The notes below the pieces were generated by a model. The model did not search any database. It was not told where the DNA came from and saw only the letters and a program-made list of their open reading frames with translations. A DNA stretch of 24,791 bases from Gemmatimonadota bacterium (GTDB taxonomy: Bacteria; Gemmatimonadota; Gemmatimonadetes; Longimicrobiales; RSA9): contig JBBDRO010000078.1 in NCBI GenBank assembly GCA_040905425.1, forward strand, positions 29,769-54,559, in the 5' to 3' direction. A program made the translations under genes and the position numbers. Shown here one piece after another: positions 8,194-17,944 of the stretch; within the stretch, counting starts at the first letter, position 1; the number at the start of each line of letters is the position of its first letter.

Positions 8194-9945
8194 TCAGCTC
8201 CCGCCGAGCGCCTCCGGCAGGTCCGCGGGCCGCCGGACCGGTGCGCTCACCGCACCGGGGCGGCACACGTAGACCGCGCCGCCCTCGACCGCGGGCAGAT
8301 CGGCGTTGTCCAGGCGTCCGCCACATGGCAGGTTCACCACCCGGCGCCCGGGCACCGGCACGGCCAGGGCGGCGCCGCGCAGCTCCGCGGTGGCCTCCGG
8401 CGGACCCACCACGACCAGCACCAGTGGCCGGTCGAAGTACTCCTCCGCGGCCAGCGCGAAGGGCGCCCCCGCCACCCCCCAGCGCCCCGCGCGGGGCGAG
8501 AGGATGGCCAGGATGCGCTCGGCCACGGCGCGGTGGCCGCCCGTCTGGTTGGCCAGCGCCAGGTGCAGCCAGAAGCGGGCGGCGTGCGCGTTCAGGTCGA
8601 ACGGGCGGTCCCGGTAGCGCAGGATGCCCACGTCTTGGCCGGCCTTCGCGCGGTCCCAGAAGCCACCCTCGTCGGACCAGAAGGTCTTGCGCATGGCGGC
8701 GGCCAGCGCCAGAGCGCGCTCCATCCAGACTTCCAGTCCGGTGAGCTCGGCCAGCGCCTGGCACGCGCGGGCCGCGTCGAGCGCGTCCACAATCAGGAAA
8801 TCGATGTGCGGCTCCTGATCGGGCTCGGCGTAGTGGTAGAGCAGGCCGCCCGGGGCGGCCATGGTCTCCAGCAGCGTCTCCAGCGCGGCGGCGGCCCGGG
8901 CGATCCAGTCGGCGCGGGCCAGCCGTCCGCCCGCCTCGGCCAGCGCCTGGATCCAGAGCGCGTTCCAGTGCGTGAAAAGCGCCTGGTCGGGGACGGGCGC
9001 AGCCCGGGCGGCCCGTGCCTCCGCATCGTCCTCGAAGTAGCCGGGCTCCGCTACCAGGCTCCCCGCCCACAGCCCGTCGGGCCGGCCCAGCGCCCCGTCC
9101 ACCCAGGCCACGATGCGCTCGGCGCGCTCGGCCCAGTCCCGGCGCTGCCGCAGGTGCGCGCCCAGCGCGAAGGCCCGCAGCAGCTCGGCCTGCGTCTCCA
9201 GCAGCTTCTCGCGCCGGGGCTCGGTCCAGTCCGGGCCGGCGGCGTAGCGGTAGAAGCCGCCGTCCTCCGCGTCCCAGAGGTCGCCCGCCAGGATGCCGTC
9301 CAGCGTGGTGTCGGCCATGGCGGCGGCCTCGGCGTCTCCACGCCCGCCATGCAGATAGAGCAGCTCCAGCGGATCGGCGTCGGGGAAGCGAGGCGTGTCC
9401 CCGAAGCCCCCGTTGCGCGGATCGTAGGCGGCGCGCAGCGCCGACAGCACGTCATCGGCCGCCTCCCGACGCACCAGGCCGGGCGCCGGATGCCGGGTCC
9501 GGGCGGCCTCCAGCGCGCGCCGCCGCCGCTCGATCTCACCCAGCAGCGTGTCGCGGTCCCCGTCCCAGGCGCGCTGCACGCCGGTGGCCACGCGCTGCAG
9601 CTCGTGCAGCTCCGTGTAGGCCGCCGACCAGAGCACCTCACCCGTGGGCGTGAGGAACGCGTTGGTGGGCCAGCCGCCCGCGATGTAGCGGTCCTGCACG
9701 TGCGGATGGCGATCGGCGTCCACGCGGATGGGGACGAAGTGCTCGTTCAGCGTGGCGATCAGATCGGGGTCGGAGAGCGCCTCCTCGTCCAGGCGGTGGC
9801 ACCACTCCCCCCAGCCCGCCGTGAGCAGCAGGTAGACGGGGCGCCCCGCGGCCTCGGCCTCGGCGAACGCCTCGGGGCCCCAGGGGCGCCAGGCTATCTC
9901 GTGGGCACGATTGGCTCGGGGGGAGAAGCGGAATGAAGCGGCCAT
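8194..9945 (-). CDS. DUF255/YyaL (SSP411)-like protein: N-terminal thioredoxin-like domain plus alpha/alpha-toroid domain
   Basis: IAWRPWGPEAFAEA, NEHFVPIRVDAD, GGWPTNAFLTP, YDPRNGGFGDTPRFP, GGFYRYA...HWT/PDWTEP..EKLL, FWSDEGGFWD; SD AGGAG. Confidence 0.88.
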   Translation of the reverse strand: MAASFRFSPRANRAHEIAWRPWGPEAFAEAEAAGRPVYLLLTAGWGEWCHRLDEEALSDPDLIATLNEHFVPIRVDADRHPHVQDRYIAGGWPTNAFLTPTGEVLWSAAYTELHELQRVATGVQRAWDGDRDTLLGEIERRRRALEAARTRHPAPGLVRREAADDVLSALRAAYDPRNGGFGDTPRFPDADPLELLYLHGGRGDAEAAAMADTTLDGILAGDLWDAEDGGFYRYAAGPDWTEPRREKLLETQAELLRAFALGAHLRQRRDWAERAERIVAWVDGALGRPDGLWAGSLVAEPGYFEDDAEARAARAAPVPDQALFTHWNALWIQALAEAGGRLARADWIARAAAALETLLETMAAPGGLLYHYAEPDQEPHIDFLIVDALDAARACQALAELTGLEVWMERALALAAAMRKTFWSDEGGFWDRAKAGQDVGILRYRDRPFDLNAHAARFWLHLALANQTGGHRAVAERILAILSPRAGRWGVAGAPFALAAEEYFDRPLVLVVVGPPEATAELRGAALAVPVPGRRVVNLPCGGRLDNADLPAVEGGAVYVCRPGAVSAPVRRPADLPEALGGS

Positions 9946-10027
9946 AGCTCCTGTGCGCGGGCGTGGGCGTGGGTTCTAATGTGTCTGCAGGATAGCCTCC
10001 CGGGGGCGGCGCGTGCCAGGGCGGCTG

Positions 10028-10645
10028 CTACGCCGGCGGCACCCGGAATCGGCCGCTGCGCACCTCCACCCGGCGCGCCGGCAGGTCCAGCAGCCGGATG
10101 AAGAGCCGCTTCGCGCCCTGCCCCACGGCACTCGCGATGGAGCGCTCGCCGCTCACGGCGGGGCGCAGCTCCCCCTGTAGCCACTCCTGGAGCTCGTCCA
10201 GGTCCGAGGCCGAAAGCGTCTCCACCTCCAGGGTGGCCGTGTAGTAGAAGCGGCCTTCCCCCGTGGGTGCCATGCGCAGCACGGTCACGGTCTCGACCAC
10301 GGCGCGCAGCGCCTCCCATGAGCCGAACGCCGCCAGCCCTTCCGGCCGGCGCAGGATGTAGCGCTCGCCCATCGGATCGAAGGTCACCGTGTAGTCCAGC
10401 ACGTGCTCCGCCCGCAGATCGTCCAGGAATTTGTCCTGCCAGAGCTCCACGCGGACGCGGATGCGGAGGGGGAGCCCGCCGCGCGCCGCCGCCTGCAGCG
10501 AGGAATCCGCCAGCACGGGTCCGATGGCCAGGCGAGGACGGAACCGCGCATCGGGGACGGGGGCCACCGCCAGCTCCGGGACCTGCGCCTCGGCGGAGCC
10601 GCCGGCCACGGCAAAGACCAGCGCCAGCACGCCCGCGCGGATCAC
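10028..10645 (-). CDS. Secreted protein, DUF4390-like
   Basis: Signal peptide ending AEA-Q; the pattern GLPLRIRVRVELW...YTVTFDPMGERY resembles DUF4390, which is typically encoded in ntrY/ntrX-like operons; 4-bp overlap with the upstream gene. Confidence 0.65.
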   Translation of the reverse strand: MIRAGVLALVFAVAGGSAEAQVPELAVAPVPDARFRPRLAIGPVLADSSLQAAARGGLPLRIRVRVELWQDKFLDDLRAEHVLDYTVTFDPMGERYILRRPEGLAAFGSWEALRAVVETVTVLRMAPTGEGRFYYTATLEVETLSASDLDELQEWLQGELRPAVSGERSIASAVGQGAKRLFIRLLDLPARRVEVRSGRFRVPPA

Positions 10646-12380
10646 AGCCGCGGCCTTAACCGCACGAAGAAGTTGAACCCCTGCCCCCGGCCCGAGATGG
10701 GCACGGCCCCGTAGAGGCCGATGCGGCCGATACGGAGCCCCAGCCCCGCGTCCGCCGAGAAGTCGTCGCTGCCGCGGGTCCGGCCGTCAGTGCCGGCCTG
10801 CTCGCTCCAGGCGCGGCCCGCTCCGAAGAACGCCGCCCAGCGCACGGACCTGCCCAGGCCGCTCGGCAGATTGAGCGAGCGCACCAGCCGGCGGGCCATG
10901 GGGAAGCTGGCCTGGTACTCCAACTGCATGAGCACCACGCGATCACAGCCCACGGCCGGGAAGTGCGGCTCGTCTCCGATCTGCAGGGAGGTCGAGCGGG
11001 CATCGCAGTCGAAGTCGAAGAGCTCGTACCCCGGCAGCGACCCCTCTCCGCCCAGACTCCGTTGCCGCTGGGGCGGCAGCGGCTCCCCGTCCAGGGAGCC
11101 CGCCGCCATGAGGCGCGCCGCCAGGCGCGAGTAGGGATTGAAGCGTGTGTAGCTGCGCAGGTCGACGAGCCCCGCATGGTAACTGGATTCGTCGCCTGGA
11201 AAACGGAACCGCTGTTCCGCCGGTGCGTCGGGGGGCACCAGGGGACGCTGCAGGTCACCGGCCAGCCCCACCTCCACGCCCAGATCGATCAGCCAGCCCG
11301 CCGACGGATCGACCGCGTCGTTGCGGGTGTCGTAGCCGTAGGAGGCGCCCAGGCTGCGCAGGGGACCCTCCGCCACGATCGGCTCCGGTCGCCACGCCGC
11401 GTCGTTCTTCTGCAGGGCGAACGGATCCCGCGCGGCCATGCTGGCGTGCCGCTCGTTGCGGTACTCCAGGCGGGCCGTGTGCGGTAGTCCGGAGCGCGAC
11501 GCCGCCAGCCATACCCGCCAGCCCTCGCGCTCGTAGTGGTCGCGGTAATCCCGATGCAGGACGAAGGTGGCCAGCGAGGCCTCCCGGTCGGAGAGGTCGG
11601 CGCCCGGGATCGGCACGATCTCCGAGTGCGTCCCCAGGCCGAAGCGCACCGTACCGCCCGCGCCCAGGTACTGCTCCACCGCTACGTCCCAGCCCAGCGC
11701 GCCGCCGTCCACGTCCAGCCCCGAGGCGGAGCGGTAGAGCGCCAGCGCCTGGACCTCGGTGACGTTCGAGCCGCCGAAGCGCACGCGCGGCCCCAGCGCC
11801 ACCGGGAACCCCTCGACGCGGTTGTAGCTGCCGCGCATCCCCACCAGGAAGTCCACGTGCCCGAAGGCAAAGTCCGACCCGGCCGCGAGCAGCGGCTCCT
11901 CTTCGGGCGGGAGATAGGCCAGCCCGGCGTCGTCGTAGCGGAAGCTGAGCGTCTGCCGGTAGCGCCGCACCGGCCCCTCCACGCGCGCCACCTCCAGGCC
12001 GCGGACGTCCCCGCCCACCACGGTCACGGCACCGGTAACGTGCGCGTCCGGCCCCAGCTCCAGGTCCCCGTTGATGACCACCAGCCGACCGCGCACCGTG
12101 CCGTCCAGCGCGAGCGGCCCGCCCAGGACCGCCACGTCTCCCACGAGCTCGGTGCCGGGGCCCACCCGGGAGGCCCCCGTCAGGCGGATCGTCCCGGGCC
12201 GGTTGAAGAAAGCGACGAGGCTCTCGGCCGTGTCCGCCGGCAGCAGCACGCTCGTCTCCTGGGCACGCGCCGGCGCGGCCGCCATGCCCAGCGCCAGCAC
12301 GAGGAGCGCTCCCCGCCAGAGGCGTGTGCCGTGCGGCACCCACGCGCCACATGGACGTTGCCGCGGTCCAGGACGCTCAC

Positions 12381-12384
<4 letters not shown>
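10642..12384 (-). CDS. Outer-membrane beta-barrel protein (Omp85/BamA-TamA-like C-terminus) with an N-terminal bactofilin-like beta-helix
   Basis: Signal peptide ending ARA-Q; Gly/Val repeats (VGDVAVLGG, DGTVRGRLVVINGDLEL, VTGAVTVVGGDV); YNRVEG, YDTRNDAVDPSAG, SLGGEGSLPGY; terminal amphipathic strand FNFFVRLRPRL. Confidence 0.75.
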
Positions 12385-13727
<1,343 letters not shown>

Positions 13728-13742
13728 GGTGGCTGCGCCGCC

Positions 13743-14471
13743 TCAGCGGCCCACGATCACACGGGCGTTCACCAGGACCGCGGGCGGGCCTGCCTGCTGA
13801 CTCGTGCCCACGCACCGGATGCGTGCGCCGGGTCCGTAGAAGAGCCGCAGCCCGCCCGTGGCGGGCGTCTCTTCCATGCCGTCCCCGTCACACTCGCGCG
13901 CGTTCTCGAGGTAGGCCAGCATCATGGTGGCCGCACTGTCCGCCGCGGCATCGCTCGGCGCGGCCAGAGCCACCACCAGGCCGGCGTCGTCCCCCACCTC
14001 GGTAGCAATGTAATTGAGCATGGCGCGCACACCTTCGCGCACTCCCACGCCCGGCAGGACGCGCGCATAGATGAGATCCACCAGGCGGCGCTCGTCCAGC
14101 CGGTAGATGGCGTCGTGCACGAACACCTGGCCGCCGCTGGCCACCTCCAGCGCGATGGTGGTGTCCCCGAGCAGCTCCAGCCCGCGGGTCAGGAACGCCA
14201 GCCGCGTGGTGCCGGCGGGTCCTGGTCCGCTCAGCTCCATGCCGGCAGCCGTGGCCACGGCGCCGAACCAGGCGCTGTCCATGGGCGCGGCGAGCAGCGC
14301 CACGCGCGTATCGGCGGCGCCCAGCTGGGCGGCCAGCGCCCCGGCGTCGGCGCCCTCGTCGGCCACGCCCGCGCTGACCACCATCTCCACCGGTTCGGGG
14401 CCGCCCAGGCGCACGGCGCAGCCGACGGTGAGCAGCGGGGCCAGGGCGGCGGCGGCGATCCATCGAGTCAC
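13743..14471 (-). CDS. Lipoprotein of unknown function, located between the kinase and the regulator
   Basis: MTRW plus a hydrophobic stretch and LTVG-C lipobox-like motif; 4-bp overlap with the kinase stop; 15 bp before the regulator. Confidence 0.75.
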   Translation of the reverse strand: MTRWIAAAALAPLLTVGCAVRLGGPEPVEMVVSAGVADEGADAGALAAQLGAADTRVALLAAPMDSAWFGAVATAAGMELSGPGPAGTTRLAFLTRGLELLGDTTIALEVASGGQVFVHDAIYRLDERRLVDLIYARVLPGVGVREGVRAMLNYIATEVGDDAGLVVALAAPSDAAADSAATMMLAYLENARECDGDGMEETPATGGLRLFYGPGARIRCVGTSQQAGPPAVLVNARVIVGR

Positions 14472-15727
14472 GGCGTCTCCTCGTGTGCGGGGTCGGGGAC
14501 TGGGCGCGGCGCCACGGGCAGCCGCACGATGAAGGCCGCGCCGCCCAGCTCGGAGGCGGCCGCCTCCACGCTGCCGCCGTGGCCGGCCACGACCTGCCGT
14601 ACCACGGCCAGACCGAGGCCGGTGCCCTCCGCGCGCAGCGTGTAGTCCGGCTCGAAAATACGCTCGGCCAGCGTATCGGGAACGCCGGGGCCGCTGTCCT
14701 CCAGGGCGACGATCACGTCCGCGCCGGCCGCCTCCACGCGCACGCGAATGCGCGGCGGACGCGCACGGTCGGCCTCGGTGACGGCCTGCACCGCGTTGCG
14801 CAGCAGGTTGCGGAAGGCGCGCATGAGCGCCTCGTAGTCTCCCGCCACGCGTGGCGTGCCCGGCGCGGCCACGAGCTCCGTCTCCACCTCGGGCGGCACG
14901 TCGCTGGCCAGCAGGCCGCGCGCCAGCTCGCCCAGGTCCACCTCACTGCGCACCTCCGAGGGCGGGCGGCCCAGCGCGGCGAACTGGGCGGCCATCTCCT
15001 GCAGCCGCGCCGTCTCCTCGGCGATCACGGTGGCCGGCTCCTCCAGGCGCGGATCCTCCGCGGCCGCGCGCCCCACGCGGTGGGCCGCCAGGCGCAGCGG
15101 CGTGAGCGGGTTCTTCATCTCGTGGGCCAGGCGGCGCGCCATCTCCCCCCAGGCGCGCACGCGCTCGGATTCCAGCGCCCGAGCGCGCCCCTCGGCAATG
15201 CGTTGGGCCGCACCGCGCAGGGCGCCCCGCAGCGCGGCCACTTCCCGCACCTCGCGGCGCTCGCGCCGCCCGGGGCCCGGCAGCGGCTCGTCCCGCGCCA
15301 TGAGGTCCGCCCAGGTGACCAGCTCACCGATGGGCCGCGCCAGCTGCCGGGCCAGGCGCCGGCTGAGGACGAGCGCCGCCAGGGTGAGCAGGAGCGCCAG
15401 CGCGGCCACGATCCAGGGCAGCAGCTCCAGCAGCCGCTCGGCCAGGTACTGCCAGCGCGAGGCCTGCACCACCGACGCCGATAGCCCCTCGCGATGCCGC
15501 CCCAGCGCCTCTGCCAGCGCCGGATCCACCGCCGGCGCCGAGTCCGCGGCCTGGAACACCGCGCGCCCGGTCGTGGCCACCTCATCCCAGGGCCCCAGCG
15601 TGCCCAGCGTGCTGAGCGTACGCCCGCCCACGATCACCGCCGCCGCCAGCACCAGCAGTCCCGGCACCAGCGCCAGCGCGAGCAGCCAGCCGAACAGGCG
15701 GCGCTCCAGGCTGCGCGGCCCGAACAC
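14468..15727 (-). CDS. Sensor histidine kinase, short NtrY-like
   Basis: Two TM segments, HAMP-like region, H-box RRLAHEMKNPLTP (NtrY-type), NLLRNAVQA, DSGPG, IFEPDYT, GTGLGL. Confidence 0.93.
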   Translation of the reverse strand: MFGPRSLERRLFGWLLALALVPGLLVLAAAVIVGGRTLSTLGTLGPWDEVATTGRAVFQAADSAPAVDPALAEALGRHREGLSASVVQASRWQYLAERLLELLPWIVAALALLLTLAALVLSRRLARQLARPIGELVTWADLMARDEPLPGPGRRERREVREVAALRGALRGAAQRIAEGRARALESERVRAWGEMARRLAHEMKNPLTPLRLAAHRVGRAAAEDPRLEEPATVIAEETARLQEMAAQFAALGRPPSEVRSEVDLGELARGLLASDVPPEVETELVAAPGTPRVAGDYEALMRAFRNLLRNAVQAVTEADRARPPRIRVRVEAAGADVIVALEDSGPGVPDTLAERIFEPDYTLRAEGTGLGLAVVRQVVAGHGGSVEAAASELGGAAFIVRLPVAPRPVPDPAHEETP

Positions 15728-15801
15728 CGCTCAGCCCCCCGCGGCGGCGGCCGCACTGGAGCGGCGGCGGAACCGGCCGGGCGTACAGCGGATCTTTTTC
15801 A

Positions 15802-15835
15802 TCAATATTGACGTACGCGGAAACAGGTGCATGAT
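15802..15835 (+). promoter_or_regulatory. Sigma70-like promoter with a palindromic operator overlapping the -35
   Basis: TTGACG (15808-13), 16-nt spacer, CATGAT (15830-35). The perfect palindrome TCAATATTGA (15802-11) overlaps the -35, in an AT-rich patch between divergent genes. Confidence 0.45.
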
Positions 15836-15985
15836 TGGGGAGGGGCACGGCGAAGGTAGACCGCCCCCGATCCCACCAGCAAGACAGTGCGCCGGCAGCG
15901 CCGCCGACACCGCAGGGGCACCCCGTCTGCACGCGCCCCCGGGGCGGATCGGCCATACGCGGGAAACGCCAGCATGGAGGTGCTC

Positions 15986-16723
15986 TTGATTCTGCCCGGA
16001 ATCCGCTCTTCCTTTGGCCGCACCGAGGCGGCCTTCCTGGTATGGCTCACCACCCGTGACGAGCCGGAGGAAGCCCGTGACCAGGCGTTCGCGCGCCTTG
16101 CCGAGGAGGGCTTCGACGTCTTCCTGGACGACCCGCGCGCGGCCAACGCCCTCCTGGCGGGGCGCGACTTCTCCACCGCGCCCGAGCAGCTGGTCTTCTA
16201 CGTCCTGGTCCGCCAGGCCCTCCTGGAGGGCGGCATGGAGGACCGGGTGTTGGCCGACTACCTGGCCACCCTGCTGCTGGCCTTCGGGCGCGCGCGCCGG
16301 GCCTATCGCCCCGACGGCCAGGAGGCGGAGTTCCACTACCTGGTGGACATCCTGGCCGCGGCCACGGCGGTGGACACGGAGCGGGCACTCATGCTGCAGG
16401 CGCATCTGGGGGAGTTTGCCCTCTGGCTGAGTGGGCTCTTCCCGGATCACATCAGCGCCCGCGTACGGCGCCGCGGCGCGCCCGGGCTGGACTACTACCA
16501 GGACATGGGGATGCGGGGCTTCCGGGCGGCGGCCCGCTCCCGCGCGGCGGCCGAGCACGGCATGGACGTGGTCTACGAGCAGTGCGCCGCCAGCTTCCCC
16601 GGGCTCCGCGTGGCCCTCAACCGGGTGGCGGACCGGCACCTCTTCCCCGCACGCGGCGACCGCATCGAACGCCTCCTGCGGCAGGTGGCCGACCGCTTCG
16701 ACCACCCCCCGGACGGCAACTGA
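15986..16723 (+). CDS. Conserved hypothetical cytoplasmic helical protein
   Basis: GGAGG (15976-80) 5 nt before TTG 15986 (alternative ATG 15974); GC3-biased codons; motifs LADYLA.LL..F, HLGEFALWLSGLFPD, PGLDYY..MG. Confidence 0.75.
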   Translation: MILPGIRSSFGRTEAAFLVWLTTRDEPEEARDQAFARLAEEGFDVFLDDPRAANALLAGRDFSTAPEQLVFYVLVRQALLEGGMEDRVLADYLATLLLAFGRARRAYRPDGQEAEFHYLVDILAAATAVDTERALMLQAHLGEFALWLSGLFPDHISARVRRRGAPGLDYYQDMGMRGFRAAARSRAAAEHGMDVVYEQCAASFPGLRVALNRVADRHLFPARGDRIERLLRQVADRFDHPPDGN

Positions 16724-16741
16724 GGCGGGCGCACCGGGGCC

Positions 16742-16765
16742 GGCCCGGCGCTCGTGCGCCGGGCC
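16742..16765. terminator. GC-rich hairpin between convergent genes (probable bidirectional terminator)
   Basis: Perfect 10-bp stem GGCCCGGCGC-TCGT-GCGCCGGGCC; no U-tract. Confidence 0.6.
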
Positions 16766-17169
16766 TACTGGGCCGTCACGACCACGCGACCCACCATGCC
16801 GGTGGTGAAATCCGAGGCGTACGGGGTGGACCGGTAGATGTAGGTCTGGCCGGGCACCTGGAAGGTGAAGTCGAATATCGGACCCACGCTGGCCGTCTCC
16901 ACCTCGGCCCAGACACCCGGCTGCGTGGGGTTCATGGGCGTGATGGTGTGGTACGTGTTGGAGTCGTTGATCCAGCGCACCTTGGTGCCGGGCGCCACCG
17001 TGAGGTTCTGCGGCTCGAAGGTCTGGCTGGTGGTGAGGTGAACCTCCACCGCGTCGTCGGTCGGATCCGTGGGCGAGTCACCGGAGCCGCAAGCGGACGC
17101 CGCCACCGCTCCCAGGATCGCGAGCACTCCGAGGCCACGCGCCAGCGTGCTTCCCCGTGTAGCCATCAT
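16765..17169 (-). CDS. Plastocyanin/cupredoxin-fold lipoprotein with a degenerate type-1 Cu site
   Basis: Lipobox-like ASA-C; FEPQNLTVAPGTKVRWIN, HTIT, and GQTYIYRSTPY...GMVGRVVV where the family has Y.C.PH...GM.G. Confidence 0.8.
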   Translation of the reverse strand: MMATRGSTLARGLGVLAILGAVAASACGSGDSPTDPTDDAVEVHLTTSQTFEPQNLTVAPGTKVRWINDSNTYHTITPMNPTQPGVWAEVETASVGPIFDFTFQVPGQTYIYRSTPYASDFTTGMVGRVVVTAQ

Positions 17170-17177
17170 ACGTTCCC

Positions 17178-17888
17178 CTACCAGCCAATGGGCCAGGCGG
17201 CCGCTCCGTCGGCGCGCCGCGCGTCCAGTATGTTGCCGCCGCTGGCCTGAAGTGTCCAGTCCAGCGTAGCCGTCGCCTCCGCCACGACCGTAACCGCTCG
17301 CTGTGCGCTCTCACCGGCCGGCAGCTGATAGCCCGAGGGCGGCGTGATCTCCAGACCGTAGGTACGCGGCTCGAGCCCCTCGAAGCCGTAGTTGCCGTTG
17401 GCGTCCGTGGTGGTGCTGGGTTCACCGGCGGCGTTCAGGATGGTCAGCACGGCTCCGGAAACGGGATTGCCACCAGCGGCGACCCGTCCGGCGATGGCAC
17501 CCTGGAGCTGCGCCACGTTCACGATGTGGAAGGCCTGCGTGTTGACCGTCTGGCCCCGCTCCACGGTGACGGTCCTGACGCCGGTCTCGCTGGAGGCGTA
17601 CTCCATGCCGCCCGGCACCTCGATGGTGATGCTCCAGCCACCGGTGGCCACGCTCGTGAAGAGGTAGCCGCCGGCCTGGTTGGTGATGGTACTGTGGGAG
17701 CCCGACGCGGTGCTCTGCGCGCGCACCGGGATGCCGCCCACGCCCGCGTTGCTCAGGGGATTGACCACACTGCCGGCAATATGGCCGGTGCCGCCCTGGT
17801 CCACGGGGGAGCCACCCTCCGAGCAGGCCGCCAGGAGACCCGCGCCCACAACGGTAAGGACCATACCGAACGAGCTACGCACACACAT
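17178..17888 (-). CDS. Lipoprotein with two carboxypeptidase-regulatory-like (prealbumin-fold) domains
   Basis: SD GGAG 6 nt before the ATG; lipobox LAA-C; two repeats of G.IAG.V...T.T...G.Y.F..L..G.Y.I.I..P.G. Confidence 0.8.
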   Translation of the reverse strand: MCVRSSFGMVLTVVGAGLLAACSEGGSPVDQGGTGHIAGSVVNPLSNAGVGGIPVRAQSTASGSHSTITNQAGGYLFTSVATGGWSITIEVPGGMEYASSETGVRTVTVERGQTVNTQAFHIVNVAQLQGAIAGRVAAGGNPVSGAVLTILNAAGEPSTTTDANGNYGFEGLEPRTYGLEITPPSGYQLPAGESAQRAVTVVAEATATLDWTLQASGGNILDARRADGAAAWPIGW

Positions 17889-17944
17889 CGGTTACTCCAC
17901 GAAGCTTCGGTGATACCTCACGCGCCTCCTTATGGAACGCGCGC

